A stretch of DNA of 64,000 bases from Prasinococcaceae sp. CCMP 1430 (lineage: Eukaryota; Plantae; Prasinodermophyta). Made by a program: the position numbers and the translations under genes. Below the pieces are notes generated by a model. The model worked only from the letters and a program-made list of their open reading frames with translations. It did not search any database and was not told where the DNA came from. Below are positions 47,878 to 58,525 of the stretch, piece after piece (position 1 is the stretch's first letter; each line of letters opens with the position of its first letter). The DNA lies in assembly GCA_013416795.1 (NCBI GenBank), contig RQSC01000015.1:105696-169695 (forward strand), read 5' to 3'.

Positions 47878-48247
47878 CGTCGATCCCCCAGTGCCCGCCG
47901 TCGTGCCACGCGTTGGACGCGGTCCCCGGCCCCGCCTGGCCGCGCTGCGCCGCGGGCGCCGCCGCTTGCCCGCCTGCCCGTCTTAACACGCGCGCGCGCA
48001 CACACACACACACACGAGCGCGCGTCCCCTTCCTTCCCGTGGCGCGGCGCCACGGCCCCTCCCCACCCCACCCCTCCCCCTCCTCCCCGGGGCGACGCGC
48101 GCACGGCGCAGCGCTGTGGCATGCGCCATGCGGTCGGCGCAACCCGTTTCGGGTGAAATGTACAGTAGGGTTCGCCCGCCCTTGTGCGCGCCGCTGCTGC
48201 TTCACGCCACACGCCGCGTCTGGGGGGGCGCCACCGCAGCCGCGGCG

Positions 48248-49664
48248 ATGCAGGAGGGGGGAGGCTCGCAGGCACAGGCGCAGGCGGAGGATCCGGGCGC
48301 TGCCGCCGACGCCGCGGCTGGCGCGGCCGCCGCCGACGGGGACAGCGTGCGCGTCGGCGCACGCATCGACAAGCGCCGCGCCGGCGCCAGCGGCGAAGCC
48401 GCAGAAGACGCCCGCAGGCCCGGCGGTGCCCCTCGCGTCAGCCGTCACGGAGGTATGGGCGGTGCTCGAGGCAGGCTCGGCGGAAGCCGCGGCATCAAGT
48501 GGCACACAGAAGTTTGCCTTTACCGTCGACCAGCTCGCGGCCAAGGTGGGTTCGATCGAGAAGAAGGAGGTTGGCGATGTTGTCTACACGCTCGAGTGCT
48601 TGAGTGTACTCCGGCGCGCCAAGACCGGCTCGAAGCGTGCCGCCGTATTTGTGTTCGACCATGCAAGCACGACTGCAGCCACCATCACTGCGGCCGTCGA
48701 CGAGCTTTGCGACGAGAGCTACGCCGTCCAGGACGCGTGGCGCCTCATGGGCCTGGTGTCGACCCTGGTCGCCGAGCTGGTGAGAAAGTTCATTGCGCTA
48801 TGCGCGAGGTACGGCACTGTCGAGCTCGACGAGGTGGCGGCATCGGTGTGTGGACCGGCAAGGCACGCAGCAGCGGCGGGGTAAGTGCGCGTGTGCGCGA
48901 TTGTGAGCGCGTAAGTCGCTCGCGCTGGCCCCACGCAGATCGTCGTGCTCGGCCGGTCGCGCGCCTTTGCACTGACACGCTGGTCTTTTCGGCGGTGCCG
49001 GCACACACGCTGGTGATTCGCTGTGATGCGCAGGTCGCGGCGGCGAGCCACAAAGAAGCGCCTCGCCGACGTGGCATGCATCCTGGGCGCGCTGCGCCTC
49101 GTGCGTGAACTACCCCCCGATGCTCGGCCCGACACGCCAGGCGGTGGCGGTAGCGGACCTGGCGTGCGCGCGCCAGCGCGCAGATTCGAGTGGCTGGGAC
49201 CTGACGAGCGTGGTCTCGGCATGGGGCTGTCGGCGGCCTGGGCGTCGATGAAGGCTGCGGGCGAGTACTACGAGCTTGACAAGCTCGCCACGCTCCTCGA
49301 TGCGAGCGCTGGAGCGGGAGGCGCCGGCAGCGCGGGGCCTGCAGGTGGCGTGCCCTTGTCTGAAGCGGTCGAGAGCCAGCGCGCTACCGCACAAGAACTC
49401 GTGAGCCTGGGCGAGCTCGCAGCGCGTGTGGGCGCAGCGTGCGAGAGCGAGCGTGCCGAGGCCGAAGCGCTGCTGGCGCGTGCGCGGCGCTGCCTCGGCG
49501 CGCTTCCTGCCATCGTCGAGCGGCGAGAGCACTACGAGCGCGCGGCGAAGCGCGCCAGGGGTGAGTGCGGCCGGCTGCTCGACAAGTTGCTCGTGTACGA
49601 GGACAGGGCGGCCGAGGACGAGGAAGACTTGATGCCGCCTCCACCCGACGGAGATGGCATGTAA
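48248..49664 (+). CDS. Degenerate atypical E2F (DEL/E2F7/8-like) with two winged-helix-like domains and a coiled coil; intron ~48881-49033, start uncertain
   Basis: TVDQLAAKVG.IEKKEVGDVVYTLECLSVLRR; LVRKFIAL...VELDEVAA...KKRLADVACILGALRLVR...FEWLG. Confidence 0.6.
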
Positions 49665-49813
49665 AGTACAAACTGTATTATTGCGAATATGGCGGCGCCT
49701 TCGCAGCACCAGCCGTGTGCAATGCGCACGCCCTTGCACACGCCCATATGCGCCCCCAAAAAAATACTTCTACGCCTCGCCGCGCTGCGAAGGCGCGTGC
49801 GCGAAGCTCCCGC

Positions 49814-50781
49814 TCAGCTGCTGGCACCCCGCGCCGCTCGTGCTGCCCGAAACGCCGCTGCCTTCGAGGGCGCCCTCGCTGTGGCCTTTTTAGTCGCCTG
49901 GTTTTCTGCCAGCGCGTTGACCTCCTCCACCGCCGCCAGCAGACCTTCGGGCAGGTTAGCCGAACGTGGTGCGGGCGGGATGAGGTCGCTGTCGACACTC
50001 TGCTTGACGACGAGGTGACGCAGCACACGCTGATCTGATCGAACACCAGCGCGCACCTGCTCGAGTGTTTCTGGCGACGCGACGAAACTGAGCTTCGCGA
50101 GGTGAGCATGCAGATGTTTCGTGCCGCCCTTGCGGATAGGCGTCGCAAGGGGTTGCGGCACGTACGACGGCTGGCCAGTCACGTCACCACGCACGACACC
50201 ATAGAGGCCCGCATCCGTGAGCACACCGCCACCCTGAAGCACCGCCCGGCCGAACTGCGGCGCGCCAGAGAGGCGAGAGCGTGGCACACATGGGCGCGTT
50301 GGTGCGAGTGCGCGTGTCAGCAACGCGCCCTGCATTCACCGCACAGAGGAGATGGCGCTTCATGCTGCCGCGACTGGCACGGGTGCTCACTCGACTCCGC
50401 TGCCAGCCGCGTTCGCGCACAGACGCGCCCAGGCAAGCGCAGAGAGCAGGGTTGTATCCGCCGAGCACGCTGGCATTGCCTTTGAGGCCTTCGAGGCTCC
50501 CGAACGCGCGGGCCTGCCGCTGCCGCGGCGCTCGCTGCGCCCGGCCGCCCCGCCTGGCTAGGGTTGGTACCTGCTCCGCGCCGGCCGCTCGAGCGCGCCC
50601 GCACGCAAAAAACCAAACAAGAAAAAACACACGAAAACCCAGGAAAAGACAGCCCCGCACGCCCGCCCGCGGCCCGCGCGCGCGCCCGCTCCAGTGCGCG
50701 CACCTTGGTCATGACCTCAGCCAGGTGCCTCCTCGCGACGTCGTGCGTGCGCACGAGGCACACCATCTCGTAGAGCGGCAT
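49814..50781 (-). CDS. RPS6: Ribosomal protein bS6 (probably mitochondrial); join(50704..50781,49814..50254)
   Basis: MPLYEMVCLVR...|...GGVL...PLATPIRK...F.ASPETL...DQRVLRHLVVK; phase-0 intron. Confidence 0.85.
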
Positions 50782-51165
50782 CGCACCGCGCCTCGAGGCG
50801 CCCCTGCGCCGCGAGCGCGCACTCTGCCCCTACGCCAAGGCACACCGGCATGTGCGAAAAATCGCCACAAACGCTGAAACCTAACCGTAAACGTAACCCA
50901 AACATTGGATGGCGAGCAGTTACGCACTACTCTCGCCAGCGCGCCCAAAGCGTCGCTGTGCGCGCGTGCCCGTGCGGGTGCGGGTGCGGGGGGTGGGCAG
51001 GCCTGGCACGCCACAAGCAGTCCCGGCCGTGCGTGCGGAGCGGTAGGGCAAAGCGCGGCCTAGCTCGCTGGCCCACTCACTCGCTCGCTCCAGGAAGCTG
51101 GGTTCGAGCAGGCGCGAGCGTGCGCGAGCGTGCGCGAGCTCGCAAGCGCGAGCACCGCCACAGCG

Positions 51166-52182
51166 ATGGGGCATGCGGGTGAGCTCCAGGACGTGCGGTT
51201 GCAGCTTGCGGGACGCCTTGTCGCGCAGGGCGCTGCCACAGTGGCCTATGAGGGCCCGATCAAAACTCTTGCGCTCTTCTCCTGCAGTCAAAGAAGCGGT
51301 GGGATGAGGACCGGCACCGACGGCGATGGGGCGTGTGCGCCCAAGCCAGTACATAAGGGGGCGAGTGCCTCGAGAGAGACCCTGGCGGCGGACGGCAGCA
51401 CGGCGGACGCCACAGAAGGCGCAGCAGAGCGCCATCTAGGACCATACGACACTGACGTATTCCTGACGGCCATCAGCAGCATGCACGACTCTGACTCAGA
51501 TGACAGCAGCGGTGGTGAGGACGCAAGCGCGCCGGCCACAGCAGGTGAGGACAGAGGTCCGCAAACTCCATGGTTCGACGCACATCGACCGCCCCCGGCG
51601 GTGAGTGCTGCACAGAAGTCCTGCGTGCGCGAGGACATCGCACGGATGCGCAAGGCAGACCCAATCCTACGCGCGGCGTACGAACCGCTTGCGCCACCCT
51701 CGCCCGCGCGCCTGCACGAGCTCTCGCGACCGCGCTCGCCGCGTATGCCAGGCTGCGCGGAGCTCGACGCTACGCCACGCGTCGATGGCATCGACCCCTC
51801 GCTCGCGCTGCAGGACACACGCGACCTGGCGCTGTACTCCGTGCTGAAGGCGACATCAATCGCGCGCAAACGGCAGAAGGAGGAGACAGCCGCGCGACAT
51901 GAGGAGCGCGTGCGTTCGCGGCGCGTCGCGGCCCTGTTGCCGTGGCGCCAGCACAAGCAGATGGCCGCGCAGGTAGAGGCCGCGCGTGCCGAAGCGACCG
52001 CGCGCGCGAACGCAGCCATCGCCAAGCGGTTGAGCGCAACGTTGTCGAGGCGCGCGCCGGCTCGGCTGGCTGCTTACGCAGCGAAGCGACGAGAGCAGCT
52101 GGCGAAAGCAGAACAACTCAGGACCACCACCAGCAACTTCGACCGTGGGCCCGAGCGCTTGAGCAGCAGGACGCATCGATAG
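51166..52182 (+). CDS. Hypothetical protein with C-terminal coiled-coil region
   Basis: Long ORF starting at an ATG, between divergent and convergent neighbours; contains a RLHELSRPR motif; no family recognised. Confidence 0.55.
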   Translation: MGHAGELQDVRLQLAGRLVAQGAATVAYEGPIKTLALFSCSQRSGGMRTGTDGDGACAPKPVHKGASASRETLAADGSTADATEGAAERHLGPYDTDVFLTAISSMHDSDSDDSSGGEDASAPATAGEDRGPQTPWFDAHRPPPAVSAAQKSCVREDIARMRKADPILRAAYEPLAPPSPARLHELSRPRSPRMPGCAELDATPRVDGIDPSLALQDTRDLALYSVLKATSIARKRQKEETAARHEERVRSRRVAALLPWRQHKQMAAQVEAARAEATARANAAIAKRLSATLSRRAPARLAAYAAKRREQLAKAEQLRTTTSNFDRGPERLSSRTHR

Positions 52183-52261
52183 CTGGCCGCCATAGATTAG
52201 TCTACTGTATGCTAATACCTCTGTGGAGCAGTGACCGTCATTACAGCAGTGTCGCGCGTGC

Positions 52262-53233
52262 TCACGCCTGCACCAGCGCAAAGGTGCCGCGACCTTCCTC
52301 GGAGTCAAAGAAGAAGGCGTTCTCCATCGTGCGGCCCTTCTTGCTCACAGCCTTGACAAGCTCTTGAGCGACAATGCCACCCACCACGGCACACACGGGA
52401 GACAGCTCGACTCCAGCTGCGGCCATCACGCTTGCTGCTGCGTCGAGTACGGGCTGCTTGTCAAAGCCAGCGGTCTTGGCGGCGGCCGCCGCCGCCTCGG
52501 CTGTGCACGCGTCCGCCGGGAGGCCACCGGGCCCGATCTCCGCGGCAGCCTCGGCGCCACCCACAGCGCGCATCGCGCCGAAACAGGGGCTGATTTTCCT
52601 CGGCAGGTCCTTCCAGGGCCCGCTGAAGGCACGCTCTAGTGAGGGATACTCAATTGTTGCCTCATTCCATTCGGTGACCTCCTCGCCGTCCTTCATCTCC
52701 TTCTTGGGCTCGGAGAACGTGTGTTTGGCACCGAGGTCGCAGATCGCCTCGCCGTACCCACCACGGACGTCGACCACGAAGAGCATTGTGCCCGCGGAGC
52801 GGCAGGCCGCCGCCAGCGCAGATGCTTCGGCCACCGACAGCCGCGTCGCCACCACCGCCGTGTACTCCTCGACCGATGAGAGCACGGCAGCGCTATCGAC
52901 AGCCTCCACGCTCACCATCGGATTCATCGCAGCCAGCGTCTCCACGCACGCCTGCGCAGCGGAGAACCCACCGCCACGCGCGCGCTGCGCTGCATCCACA
53001 AGGAAGTTCGCGGCGGGAGCATCTGCAGCCACTCCAGGTGCACCGAGCCGCACGGCGCCGACGCCAGCGAGTGTCACGTTCTTCGCGATTTCGGCGGCGA
53101 CGCCAGTCACTGGGCCAGCGAACAACACTCGCGATTGCGTGAGGTTGCGCTGTGCCTCGACGCCCCACACGCGGATCTGACGGTCGTACACCTTCTGCTG
53201 CTCCTCGTTGAGCTCGGCGGCATCAGCGGCCAT
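52262..53233 (-). CDS. SAE1: SUMO-activating enzyme subunit 1 (SAE1/Aos1)
   Basis: YDRQIRVWGVEAQ, AEIAKNVTLAGVG, AMNPMV and ELSPVCAVVGGIVAQELVKAVS...NAFFFD. Confidence 0.93.
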   Translation of the reverse strand: MAADAAELNEEQQKVYDRQIRVWGVEAQRNLTQSRVLFAGPVTGVAAEIAKNVTLAGVGAVRLGAPGVAADAPAANFLVDAAQRARGGGFSAAQACVETLAAMNPMVSVEAVDSAAVLSSVEEYTAVVATRLSVAEASALAAACRSAGTMLFVVDVRGGYGEAICDLGAKHTFSEPKKEMKDGEEVTEWNEATIEYPSLERAFSGPWKDLPRKISPCFGAMRAVGGAEAAAEIGPGGLPADACTAEAAAAAAKTAGFDKQPVLDAAASVMAAAGVELSPVCAVVGGIVAQELVKAVSKKGRTMENAFFFDSEEGRGTFALVQA

Positions 53234-53770
53234 CGCCAGCGAAGCGGGCCGATCAGCGCCTCACCTCGCCGCGCAGCGCTGCGCCGCGGCCTCCCCGTTC
53301 GGATGCCTGCGCGCCCCGATCCGCGGCGGCGCGACGGCCCGCCCGCCCCCCAACGCGCCCCCCGACCGCGGCCAGAGCGCCACCACCCCGCGGCGTGGCA
53401 CCCCCGCGCCACACGTGTGGCAGCGTGCCGCGCCGCCCTTTTGCCGCCCCGCGGCGCAAAGCCTGCGGAAGCACACGCGGCGGATGCGCGGAGAAAAGTT
53501 GAGCACAACGAAAGCTCGGACCCACAAGTGCTGCGAGGCGAGCACACGAGCCACTCCCGCGCGGCGGCGCGCGGCGGCCTCGGGGGTGAAGAGTACGGGA
53601 GGTGAGGGCGACGCGAGGTCCGGTGGAGGAGGGGCCGCCGGTCGCGCGCCGCAGCGCCGGGGCGCAGCGGCGCCGGCGCGAGCGCACGGGGCGCCGCCGG
53701 GCGCCAGGTGCTGCGCGCCGCGGCGAGGCGCGCCAGGGTGCGTGTGCCAAGAGGGGCGCACGGCGCCGCC

Positions 53771-54769
53771 ATGGGCGAGGAGGTCGACCGCGCCGCGCAG
53801 AACCTCACCGTAGCTTCGCACTACAACAGCCGCAAGGACGTCGGGCGGCAGGCGCGCGAGGCCTCGCCGATTGTTCACATGAAGCGATTGAACAACTGGG
53901 TGAAGGCAACGCTCATCGGGACGTACACGCAGCGCGGCGACGCAGTGCTCGATCTTGCAAGTGGCAAGGGCGGCGACCTCGCCAAGTGGCAGGCTTCGGA
54001 GATCGCCCTCTACGTAGGCGCGGACATCGCCGCGAGCTCGGTCGAAGACTCGCGCAACCGCTACAACGCTGATCAGAGGCCGTTTCCTGCCCGCCTCTTC
54101 TCCGGAGACGCCTTCGCTGCTGACCTCGCCTCGCTGTTGCAGGACGACCTCCCCTTCGACGTCGTCAGCTGCCAGTTCGCGTTCCACTATGCCTTCGACG
54201 CCGAGGACCGCGCGCGCAACTCGCTGAAGAACATCGCCGCGCTGCTGCGTCCAGGCGGCGCCTTCATCGCCACGGTACCCGATGCCAATGTCCTCGTGCG
54301 CAAACTGCGCAACGCGGATGGGCTCAAGTTTGGCAACCGGATATACTCGGTTGAGTTCGACGAAAAGCACGCAGACAAGCGCTTCTCAAAAGACAGTCCC
54401 TTCGGCAACAAGTACGTGTTCAACTTGCTGGACGCTATCGAAGACTGCCCCGAGTACCTAGTACCCATGGAAACGCTGGAAGCACTCGCGGAGGAGTACG
54501 GTTTGCAGGTTGAAAGGGCGCAGAACTTCCACGAGTACCACTTGTCCGCGAGCCGAAAGCCAGAGAACGCGCAGTTGCTGCAGCGCATGAACGTGATGCA
54601 CAATGCGCGCGCGGGTACGACAATCTCCCCGGAGGAGTGGGAGGCCGCGCGTGTGTACATGGTGCTCGTGCTTCGCAAGAAGGGCAATGCGCCGCGCAGG
54701 GAGAGGATGTGGCCACCCCGGCACTTCAAGCTGCCGGCAGGCGCGGTGGTCAACCTCGACGAGCTTTGA
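53771..54769 (+). CDS. RNMT: mRNA cap guanine-N7 methyltransferase (RNMT/Abd1)
   Basis: VASHYN, REASPIVHMKRLNNWVKATLI, VLDLASGKGGDLAKW, FDVVSCQFAFHYAF, LLRPGG and CPEYLV. Confidence 0.96.
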   Translation: MGEEVDRAAQNLTVASHYNSRKDVGRQAREASPIVHMKRLNNWVKATLIGTYTQRGDAVLDLASGKGGDLAKWQASEIALYVGADIAASSVEDSRNRYNADQRPFPARLFSGDAFAADLASLLQDDLPFDVVSCQFAFHYAFDAEDRARNSLKNIAALLRPGGAFIATVPDANVLVRKLRNADGLKFGNRIYSVEFDEKHADKRFSKDSPFGNKYVFNLLDAIEDCPEYLVPMETLEALAEEYGLQVERAQNFHEYHLSASRKPENAQLLQRMNVMHNARAGTTISPEEWEAARVYMVLVLRKKGNAPRRERMWPPRHFKLPAGAVVNLDEL

Positions 54770-54926
54770 TTGAAGCCGTCGCCGGCCAGTCACCGCGCCG
54801 AGACAGCCGGCCTACTGGCGCGCGCTTAGAGCCGCACGCGACCTCCTCTGCGTCCCCGCGGCTGCCTCGTGATAATAATAATTATGCATCACCGGATTCT
54901 GGCCTTCCACTACACCACTGTGCTGG

Positions 54927-56262
54927 CTACAGCAGGAGATCCTCGAGCTTCTCTAGAAGCCTTCCGACAGTGGGTGGCATGCTATCCGCCGACGGCGATG
55001 ACGTGTTGCCGTCGCTTTCCGGCACCGAGTCCACCTTGGAATGAAAAGCGGGGGTGAGGGCTTCGGTCAGCACGCACGCATCACTTCAGCCTGGATTGTT
55101 GGATATCAAGCACACGCATGAGCGCACGTACTTCGAGGAACTCCATGCCGAGGCTTTCGGCGGCCGCGCGCAGCTCTGCCCGGCGCGCATCGATTGCGGC
55201 CACACCGCTGCTGCTCGTTGTGGACGCTGTCGAGATGCTGCCGCCTGGGCTGGCGCCTTGGGCCGCGGTAGCTGCACCTCCTGCTGCTACGCTGCTACCG
55301 CCACTGCTCAGTGACAGCGAGTCGCTTGTTTGGGACCCCCGCTGCCGCCGTTGCTCAAGCTCCTGCTGTTCTTGCTGCTGACGAGCGCGTGCCTCAGTCG
55401 CCGCGACCGCTGCGATGCCGCGCGCGGTGCTCACCACTATGCCAGGAATGCCATCGCAGCGCTGTTGCCGACACGCGTGCGGATGGTACCGGAGCACACG
55501 CGTGTGCGCGCACAGGAGTCAACGAGCGCGGTCACATGGAGTGGGCATAGTGCAGCCGCAACGCTAAGAACTGGCGTGCGCGCGCTCATGTGTGTCGTAC
55601 CTTGGCATCCGTGCGGAGCGCGTCGGCGGCACCTCCAGGCGCGCCCGCTGCGAGCGAGGGTGCTACCACGTGAATCGCAGCGCTGGCAGCGGGGGCAGGC
55701 GCGGCAGCCACGTATGGGTACTGAGCGGCAGCACTGCCGCCTAGGTCGCGTCACGTCGTGCCGTGCCGCAACGTACCAGATCGCGTCGCATTGCGTGCGC
55801 GGGCGGAGTGTTGCGATGACCCGTCGGCGTGTATGAGCGTCAGTCATTCAGCTTATTCGCCATCCAGAGTGCGCGCCCGCACGCACATGTGGTGCTCGTC
55901 AGAGCGAGCTGGCTGTGCATGCTCCGGCCCAGGAGCAAACCAAACTCACCTGCTTCAACGATGGATAGCACGACGCTCCTGCCGCTCCGCGGGAGCTGCA
56001 CGACGGCCTCATGCACGGCGACGCCAGGTGTGCGCGCGTGGTGGCGGCCGGCGGCGCGGGAAGCGGCAGAGAAGGCGGCCGCGCCGCCGCGCGAGGGTAG
56101 AAGCGCAGCCGCAAGCGCGCTCTTGCCGCACCCTTCACGACCGGTTAGTGCCACTCGCACGACCTCCAGCGCGGTCGGGCGCTCCAAGAGTCCGAGGCTC
56201 CGGCCGGCGCTTGCGCGCGCATCTGCGTGCGCGCGCGGCGCGGCCGCCGCCGCGGTGGCCAT
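54927..56262 (-). CDS. Atypical small GTPase, RSG1/CPLANE2-like, multi-exon
   Basis: GLLERP ahead of the P-loop VALTGREGCGKSAL, HHARTPG effector-like segment, VLSIVEA|G; last exon ends VGRLLEKLEDLLL stop. Confidence 0.6.
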
Positions 56263-56818
56263 CGCCCACGGGACCCGCCCGTCCGCAGAACGGGCGGGCG
56301 GGCGCGCCCCCCTCCCCTGTGCGCGCCTGTGGCGCCGCGCGCGCGCCGCGCCGTTCGTATCAAGCGGTGCTGACGTCGAAATGAAGCAACGGTACGGAAA
56401 AAATTGCAAGCGCCGTCGCTACCTGGTTCGATCGAATCCGCGCGGTAACTACGTAGGGTTTGCAATTCGGTGCGGATGTTGCGGTTTTGGATTTTCAATC
56501 AACGAGTTTGTGCGTGCCAAGACTGAACACACGCGCGGTTGGGGCGTGCGGGGATGATTAGGGTATGGGCCCAAGACACGCGACACGCGCGTTGTTGATG
56601 CGATGGGCACGCACACACGCATGCACTCTCAAGCTCGCCGTTGCGCTTTGCGCGCTAAGGCCACGACAGCTAGCTACAGCAGCGCAGCTAGCTGCAGCGG
56701 CGCATGGCAAATGTGTCTCAAATTATGGCCTCGGCGGCGGATGCCTGGTGCGGCTCTTGCGGCTTGTGTACTCGCCGTAGTGAGCGGGCTTGGAGATCAT
56801 GAGTCCTGCAACTGCTGC

Positions 56819-57652
56819 TCACGCGTCCGCGTCCCCCGTCGAAATGGAGGAGCTCGACCTCCACCAGCGCAACGGGCCCTTCGATATAGAGGGCACCACC
56901 CTGCGCTTGTGCGTATGCGCGCGTGCACCCTGCCGCGTGGTGGTGGCTGCCGTAGTAGATGCCGCGCTGCCGCTGCCCTCGACTGCATCTTCTTCCTCTT
57001 CTTCGGTCGAGTCATCACGCCATGTCTTGAGGGGGCCCTTCGACTCGTACGCCTTGTGTCGCCGTGCGGACTTCGAGAGTGCCAGCCTGGCTCGTCTGCG
57101 CGCACGCGCCGCTTCCTCGGGCGTGGGCGCGGGCACCTCGATTCCGCACAGTGGCAGCGGGAGCAGGGTGAGCCACATCACCCACGCCGCGAAGAAGCAC
57201 CAGTAACTCCAGCCGAGCGACGCGCCGCCCCCGCTGGTGTCGCTAATGCCCTCGCCTCCTGCGCCGCTGTCTCGTACCCAGGTGTTGAACACGCACGTGG
57301 CTGTCAGCCCAAGAATGCTCGCAAGGTAGCACAGCGAAAGAAGCGCGGCCTTCAACAGGCGGCCCCGCCAACGCAGACGCAGCCATGCGTAGGCAGAGAG
57401 TACGAAGGACGTCCACGCGAGCGCTGTGGAGGCTGCGACGAGGCCACCGGCCGCATCCCACTTGCCGCTTTCGAGCCCCCCAGGTGCCCCGCCCCAAAGA
57501 CCCTCCTTGTCGGCCGCGAGGCCAGCGACGTTCTGCTCCGCCGGCCGGACCCAGAAGCCACCGCCGAGGCCAGCCGTAGCGGCAGCCGCCGAGGCCGCCC
57601 AGAGCGCCGCCGCCGCTGCCCCGCAGCGCCGCGCGCCAAGCCCCCGAGGCAT
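56819..57652 (-). CDS. Four-TM claudin/PMP22-clan-like membrane protein
   Basis: TM1 followed by W...EGLW, TM2/TM3, and LGWSYWC leading into TM4; charged cytoplasmic tail. Confidence 0.6.
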   Translation of the reverse strand: MPRGLGARRCGAAAAALWAASAAAATAGLGGGFWVRPAEQNVAGLAADKEGLWGGAPGGLESGKWDAAGGLVAASTALAWTSFVLSAYAWLRLRWRGRLLKAALLSLCYLASILGLTATCVFNTWVRDSGAGGEGISDTSGGGASLGWSYWCFFAAWVMWLTLLPLPLCGIEVPAPTPEEAARARRRARLALSKSARRHKAYESKGPLKTWRDDSTEEEEEDAVEGSGSAASTTAATTTRQGARAHTHKRRVVPSISKGPLRWWRSSSSISTGDADA

Positions 57653-58525
57653 GGCTGCGTCACTCGCTCCCAGCTCGAGCGGCGAGCACCCGCCCGGGCT
57701 GCCGCTCTCGCCCCTGCCGGCCGACCCCCGCCAGACCGGCCGTGCGCGCCGGGCGGCGCTGCGCAGAGCGCGTGCGCTGTGAGCCTCTGGCACGGGCTCG
57801 CGCCGCCGCGGACGTCTGCATGCCCACCGCCCGCGAGCATTGCTCATCGAAAATCCAGGATGCTGATCCTCTGAGATGCTCTGCCATCGCCCGCCTGCCA
57901 TGCCTGGGTGGCGTCTGGAGTCTCCGGCTCAGCTGTCAATGGGCTCTGGTCTTCCTCGAAGTTTTTGGACATAATCTGGCTGTCGGGTCTAGCTAGGTCT
58001 TGGTCTGGCCATGATGCGCACGCCGCCGCCGGCGCCCTACTACTGCTCGCTGTCGCTCGCGCCAATTTTTCCATCCGGAAAGCAGATATCGCAGCGCGCG
58101 GTGGCGGCGACATTGTGTGCGTGCGCGGGATATGTAGCGGGTCCCACATCGCGCCCAGGTGATATCACATGACGATGGCGCATGGTGTGTGTACCTGGCG
58201 TGCCAAAAGGGCCGTGTCATGCGCCGTGCCGTGCATGGATGTGGATTTTTTCAGTGGGTTTTCGAGGCGCCCTACCAGCTCGCCAGCTCGCTCGCTGGTG
58301 GAGCGTCTTGTCGGGCTGCTGTCGGGCGCCCACACAGCACGCGGCCGGCGCGGCACGGGGGCGCGTTGCTGCTCGGCTGCGCGTGGCCCCGGGGGCATCC
58401 GGACTGGCTGGCTGGGGGGCGCCCCGCACGACGGGCCCCGCCCTTCCTCTTCCTCAGTCCCCACCCACCTCGTGACCGTTCAATCTTGAGATTCGGTCCG
58501 TACTGCCTGACCTATCTGTGCATGC

